Part shown: in pieces, positions 58,741 to 64,000 of the stretch | Layout: every line of letters starts with the position of its first letter | Position numbering within the stretch: the stretch's first letter is position 1 | From: Chrysomallon squamiferum | Taxonomy: Eukaryota; Animalia; Mollusca | NCBI GenBank assembly: GCA_012295275.1 | Contig: CM022668.1 | Location: forward strand, 16,616,001-16,680,000 | Length of the DNA stretch: 64,000 nucleotides | Reading direction: 5' to 3' | Program-made: the position numbers and the translations under genes | The notes under the pieces: model-generated | Databases searched by the model: none | What the model was told of the DNA's origin: nothing | Seen by the model: only the letters and a program-made list of their open reading frames with translations

Positions 58741-59804
58741 TTTTACCTCCTATTTTTTTTAATTCTTCTTATTCATCTCCTTCTTCTTTCTCTACACCTT
58801 TCTTGCTGGACAATGTAGAGACGTACATGAGAATCGTGTCACTCTGTTGTTGTCAGTATCCAGTTTGCTGAACGTCTTCACAATGCAAATTTAAAACACG
58901 AGTACTCTGACCTCTGGTGACAGAAAGCTTTCTGCGAAGATTAATGAGGTATTAACAATTCCTCTAACGAGTTGTAAAGTAATGAAAGAAAACTTTTACA
59001 TACACGGCTGAGAATAAAAATTGCTATAAATAAGTACTGTCACGTGACTAAGGTATGATAGGAGTTTATTAGTGATTTAGCAATAAGAAATTAATAAAAC
59101 TCGGAATCTTGCATTGAAATCAGAAAGCGTTTTCCTGTCACAATAAATTCATTGAAATGTATTGCTTTTTAAGTATGAGGCTCTAAATTAAACTAAAGAT
59201 ATAAAAATAGAGTATTGCATGATGTCGAAATTATAGCGGTGTATTTGATCTTAGGTTATTTGATTCTTATGTTTAGATTAAGTACTTTTCATTATTACTA
59301 TTACTATTATTGCTGTTGTTGTTGTTGTATTTTTTGCTGTTGTTGTTGTTGCTATTATTATTTTTTTTTTTTTTCCTTCAAAAATTAGTATTCTGTTGTA
59401 TCCAACACAAATAAAAGCACACAACTTCACACACTATTAAGATAATCACTATATTCCTGGGGGTTACTTCTTCTTCTTCTTTCATATATTGCTGCTGTTT
59501 TCAATTCCTCCTTTGTCACTGGTATGTTTGTCAGTTGCCGGTAACATCTGATACTGTTTTCAATTTATCCGGTAATCTGTGGTGCTGTTAAAAAGTTCAG
59601 CCGGTACAAAGTGGTGTTACGTTCAATGTATCCGTTATCCACTGTTTCTGTACCACCCATCTCTGCTCTTCGCTGAAACCAGTGTACATATTAACTGTAA
59701 CAACGACAAACCTGACGTTGTCACTAACAACAATTGTTTCTTCATTTGCACGTTGTGGCAGTGTAATGAGAAGTCGTCTGCTGGAATATGTTACAATTTG
59801 TATT

Positions 59805-59910
59805 CACCGAGCTCGCGCCGGTCTTTCTGGACGTCTGTAATTAATAACTAACACTCGAGATTACTCAGAACGAGGCGCCCCGCGGCACTCGCCGAACTGG
59901 CGGGATAATA
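59805..59910. promoter_or_regulatory. Small CpG-dense island, candidate regulatory element
   Basis: CCGAGCTCGCGCCGG and CGAGGCGCCCCGCGGCACTCGCCG within otherwise AT-rich DNA, 5' of the minus-strand exons. Function is inferred only. Confidence 0.3.
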
Positions 59911-60875
59911 TGTAATTAGCAGCAGATGTAAAACAAGTCGTCTGTAATAACGAGATGAGAATAATAATACATGGAGGAAAATCACTAAAAAGAACACCTA
60001 ATTGTATTAATACAGATCGGTATTTTGCGTTATTATTCGGAAAGTAGATAAAAGACATATAAAAAAAAAAAAAAAACCACAATGACCGGGATCTTCTGTT
60101 AGATATTAATAATATTGGAAAACAGAAATAATATATATATATATATATATATGTATGTATTAAATTAATAAAATTATATTAATATAGCTCGGGTTTTTTC
60201 GGAAACCAGAAGAACGATCATTCGTTACTGTACGGAAAATGAAAATCTATATTCGACAACAATCGGGAACCTTCGTTAATTGATTTAGAATTTTACAGTT
60301 CATTATGTGCGAGAAAGTTATTAATACAGCTCGGCATTTTTCGTTATTATTCGGCAAGTTAACTATCTTCAAGAAGAGTTTTGCAACAATGGCAAAGCTT
60401 CGTGTCGCGTATCAATACGGCAACAACATATTTTAATAAGTACTGATGATATGACAGGCCAGAGGTAGCTAACTGTCAGGTCAAATAAACACAAATTAAC
60501 AGGTATAATTGTATAGCACTTAACTTATATATATACAGTATTCGCACAACACGTTACATCATAGCAGCAGTGCTACCAGGAAATGTCGCAGTTGCCGTCA
60601 TTTTAACATTTTTCTAAATCATAAAAAACAGAAACGTCAGCATTCATCTCATCATTTCCTTAAATTATTGATGTATATGTATGTATGTATGTTTTATGTG
60701 TTTGTGTGTGTGTGTGTGTGTGTCTATGTGTGTGTGTGTGTGTAAGTATGAATATGGATTCATAGAAAACCACAACTTTTTCGTTAATACCACGTTACTG
60801 TTATAATGCACTGCTCATGGACCGGCAAAATGGATTAGAACACAAAACAGATCAATGTTCACAGTAAGAAATACT

Positions 60876-61080
60876 GGCAGTAGCAGTGATAGTAGACGCA
60901 GTAACAGTAGTAATGGTAGTTGTAGTAATAGTACTGGTTGTAGTAATAGTAGCAGTAGTTGTTGTAATAGTGATAGCTGTAGTAGTAGCGATAGTAATGA
61001 TAATAGTAGTAGTGTAGTAGTAGTAGTAGTAGTAGAAGTAGAAATAGAAATAGAAGTAGTAGTAGCTGTTATTGTAGTAA
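60876..61080. repeat. Degenerate (AGT)n tract
   Basis: Direct reading. Confidence 0.85.
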
Positions 61081-61984
61081 TAACAAAAGTGCTAGTTAGA
61101 GAAGGAAGAAGACTAGTGTTGTAGTAGTCACGTATGTGTGTTTGAAAGTGTATATGTGTATTTATGTGTTTATTTGTGTATATATTTGTATGTATATATG
61201 TTGATATGGGTGTGTGTTTCTGCATGTGTATCTGTGAATGAATGTGTATGTATACTGTAATATTTACATACAATTATTTATGTGGGTTTGGACGTCATGC
61301 TAGATGTCACATATGTAGACAATACAAGACAACGTTGATGACAGGATCTAAGTCACTGGTGAAGATGTTGACAGTAGAAACCAGCGACGCACGACGTCAA
61401 CACAAAACATATGAATGGTTAACATTCACACAGATATTGTGCATCGTTAATTTTTAATGGACGTCTTTTTAGTTAAAATCCTTGTTCACTGAGTTTATCC
61501 TCTAGTGTTTTATATAATTCATTGTTTGCAGACGAAAACACGCAGTAAGCTGTGAGCATGTTTACTTGTTGTTGCCATGACGGCCTTTAAGCACAACATA
61601 GTCAGCGGACTTCGGTTGTCGCCAGTTGATGAGCTAATATAGGAAATATTCTAAGAATAGTTTGAGGAATATAAATTGGTTTTCAAATTTGAAAGACTTT
61701 TCGAGAAAGATGTTTTCAAACTGGCTTTCTTAAATCTGAAACTAGATAAATTTTAATTTTTAATTTTATCTCTCTGATCTCTTTCCAGTCAATGTTAGTG
61801 ATATGCTGGAGGATGTGACAGTATTAGGTTTGTTTGTGTGTGTGTGCGTGCGTGCGTGCGTGGAATGAGTCAGTGGATGAGTGGAAGAAAAGAAAAGAAA
61901 ACGAGAGAAGGAAGGAGGAGGGAGAGAGAAGGATAGAGAGAAGGGGAAAACTCAAGAAGAGCATATTGAGGGTGTTATAATTAT

Positions 61985-62110
61985 ATAGTTGTTCAGATTT
62001 TATGTGTATATATATCTCTACGTATGTATGAACCTGATTATATTAAAATAAATCTAATTTGTGTGCATACAAGCATCGTAAATCAATTTTATCCACCTTT
62101 TCTATTTACT
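61985..62110 (+). repeat. Dispersed repeat copy 2 (partner at 45018-45148)
   Basis: Colinear similarity in the same orientation as copy 1. Confidence 0.75.
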
Positions 62111-62936
62111 CCTGTCATTATTTAATTCTTGTCATGCTGCGATCTTAAGAATTCCATTTCCAGTTTCCACTGTATTAAAACTCTTCTTGAGAACATAGCT
62201 TCCAGGCACCATTAAAACCATTTATATCTAGCGTACAAATAGCGTTTGAAAACATGATTATGAAGATATATTAACTCGACGTCCTTTGATATTTTTAAAA
62301 AATTTTATTCCTGTCCGTAATACGTTTGTACTTTTGTTAAGATGTGTTATTACGAGGTTAAGTGGGCTCTGCGAGCGAGGTGCAGATGGGATCAGACGGG
62401 TTCTAGTAACAAAAACACTGCTAAGCGAACACTAATTGCTGTATTGATTTTCGTAGATTTAATTTTAACTAGGACGGTTGTCAGAGCTGGAGAAATGCCA
62501 GTTGTTATCAAATCATCACTTTGTGAAGCTAATAGACACACAGCTTAAATTAGATACACTCGCGAGCTGTACATTTCAAATGTAAATTAGTAACAGCAAT
62601 ACGTATTAACGAGTTTTAAGTATTGAACAGGAATCGCGCTGATGCTGTTTGTAGGCTGTTTATGTTGGGGTTTTTTTTGATAAAAAGGGACTATTCTATA
62701 TAAACAGTATAAATATTATAAAACTACACATTCAAGACTTTGATAAAACAGTCTCACGGTTCGGACAATAACGGATAATAATAATAATAATAATAAGATG
62801 ATGATGATAATGATGATGATTACTATGATGATTATGATTATTATGATGATGATTAACAAAGAGGTGAAATGGAAGAATATTGACAGCAACTGTTTGATTA
62901 ATTTTAAAATCTAAAATAATACACAGGAATGTACAG

Positions 62937-62990
<54 letters not shown>

Positions 62991-64000
62991 TTGTGTGTTT
63001 ATATAGATATAGATATAGGTATATATATAAATATCTTCTGAATTATTCATGTTTGAATAATCCTTCCATTAGAGTGTCTGTTTTTACGTAGTGATTAGTG
63101 CTTAACGTGGTAAGCCACGTAAAACTTCAGTTTTGTCTCTGAAGGGATTCGATGACTGGAAATCCCTCAACTATTGTTCACACAAGTGCACGTTATGAAT
63201 AAAATATGTCACTGTAAGGTGCACAGAATTCATCAAAACCCTTTGACATTGTTAACATCCACCTCTGAAAAATGTAACAAAGCATCAAAGAGTTAAATAA
63301 ATTTAATAAGACCAGATGTTAATGTCATAAGCTGTTGTCGGCGTGACTAACTGACATCACTAACGATGTCGCAATGCATTATTAACGTATTAATGCGATG
63401 CCGCACCTCACACTTGACAGACACACAAACAGAAGCTCGGCAGGGGGTAAAAGACGGAAATAATTAGTTGACGGTTTCTGTATTTTAGTCTAATATCTTT
63501 ACAAACAAATCGATAAATTAATATTATCCATTGATCCCTCTGTGAAGATCCATCACAGTGCGGAACTGCAAGTTGATGATCAAACAACTGATTTTCAGTT
63601 TCCATTAATCCAGTTACAGTCTTGTTACATCGGTAACAGCAGCAGACAGTCAAGTTGTAGACAAAACACAGAAATAAATAAACACTCTTATGAATGAAAA
63701 CCGTGATATATGTGTCTATATGAATGTGTATGTTTGTGCATACTTATACACAAACGCACACGATTTTACATACACACATAAATAAATCACGGAATGTATG
63801 TGTATACATATACACACACATATTACACATACTCACACATATATGTACACGCACACAGTTTCAATACATAGTTTGACATGATTAAAGTCTTATCAACGCT
63901 TACAGTTCAGAGGTTTATACGAGATATTTTTACAAATGTACTTATTTATTTCCTTTTTTAAATTTTACACACACACACACTCACACACACACACACAAAT

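Overview
This is AT-rich animal genomic DNA, very dense in micro- and minisatellites. Its style suggests a coleoid cephalopod or another SSR-rich invertebrate, but that is an inference. It is almost entirely non-coding, and nearly all ORFs in the supplied track are translations of simple repeats. The only credible coding signal is on the minus strand: an exon at 33420-32979 (5' UTR plus up to 88 codons) followed by candidate micro-exons (19 nt at 31913-31895, 42 nt at 24840-24799) that join in frame. This suggests the window lies in the 5' part of one large, intron-dominated gene whose product I cannot identify. Other content: more than 15 minisatellite arrays (several with higher-order or recombinant structure), a 240-bp hAT-like MITE, a dispersed repeat pair 17 kb apart, and many short CpG-containing islands rich in CRE, E-box and homeodomain-type motifs. 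I found no CRISPR array, rRNA, tRNA or autonomous transposon, and no evidence strong enough to claim a new biological system.
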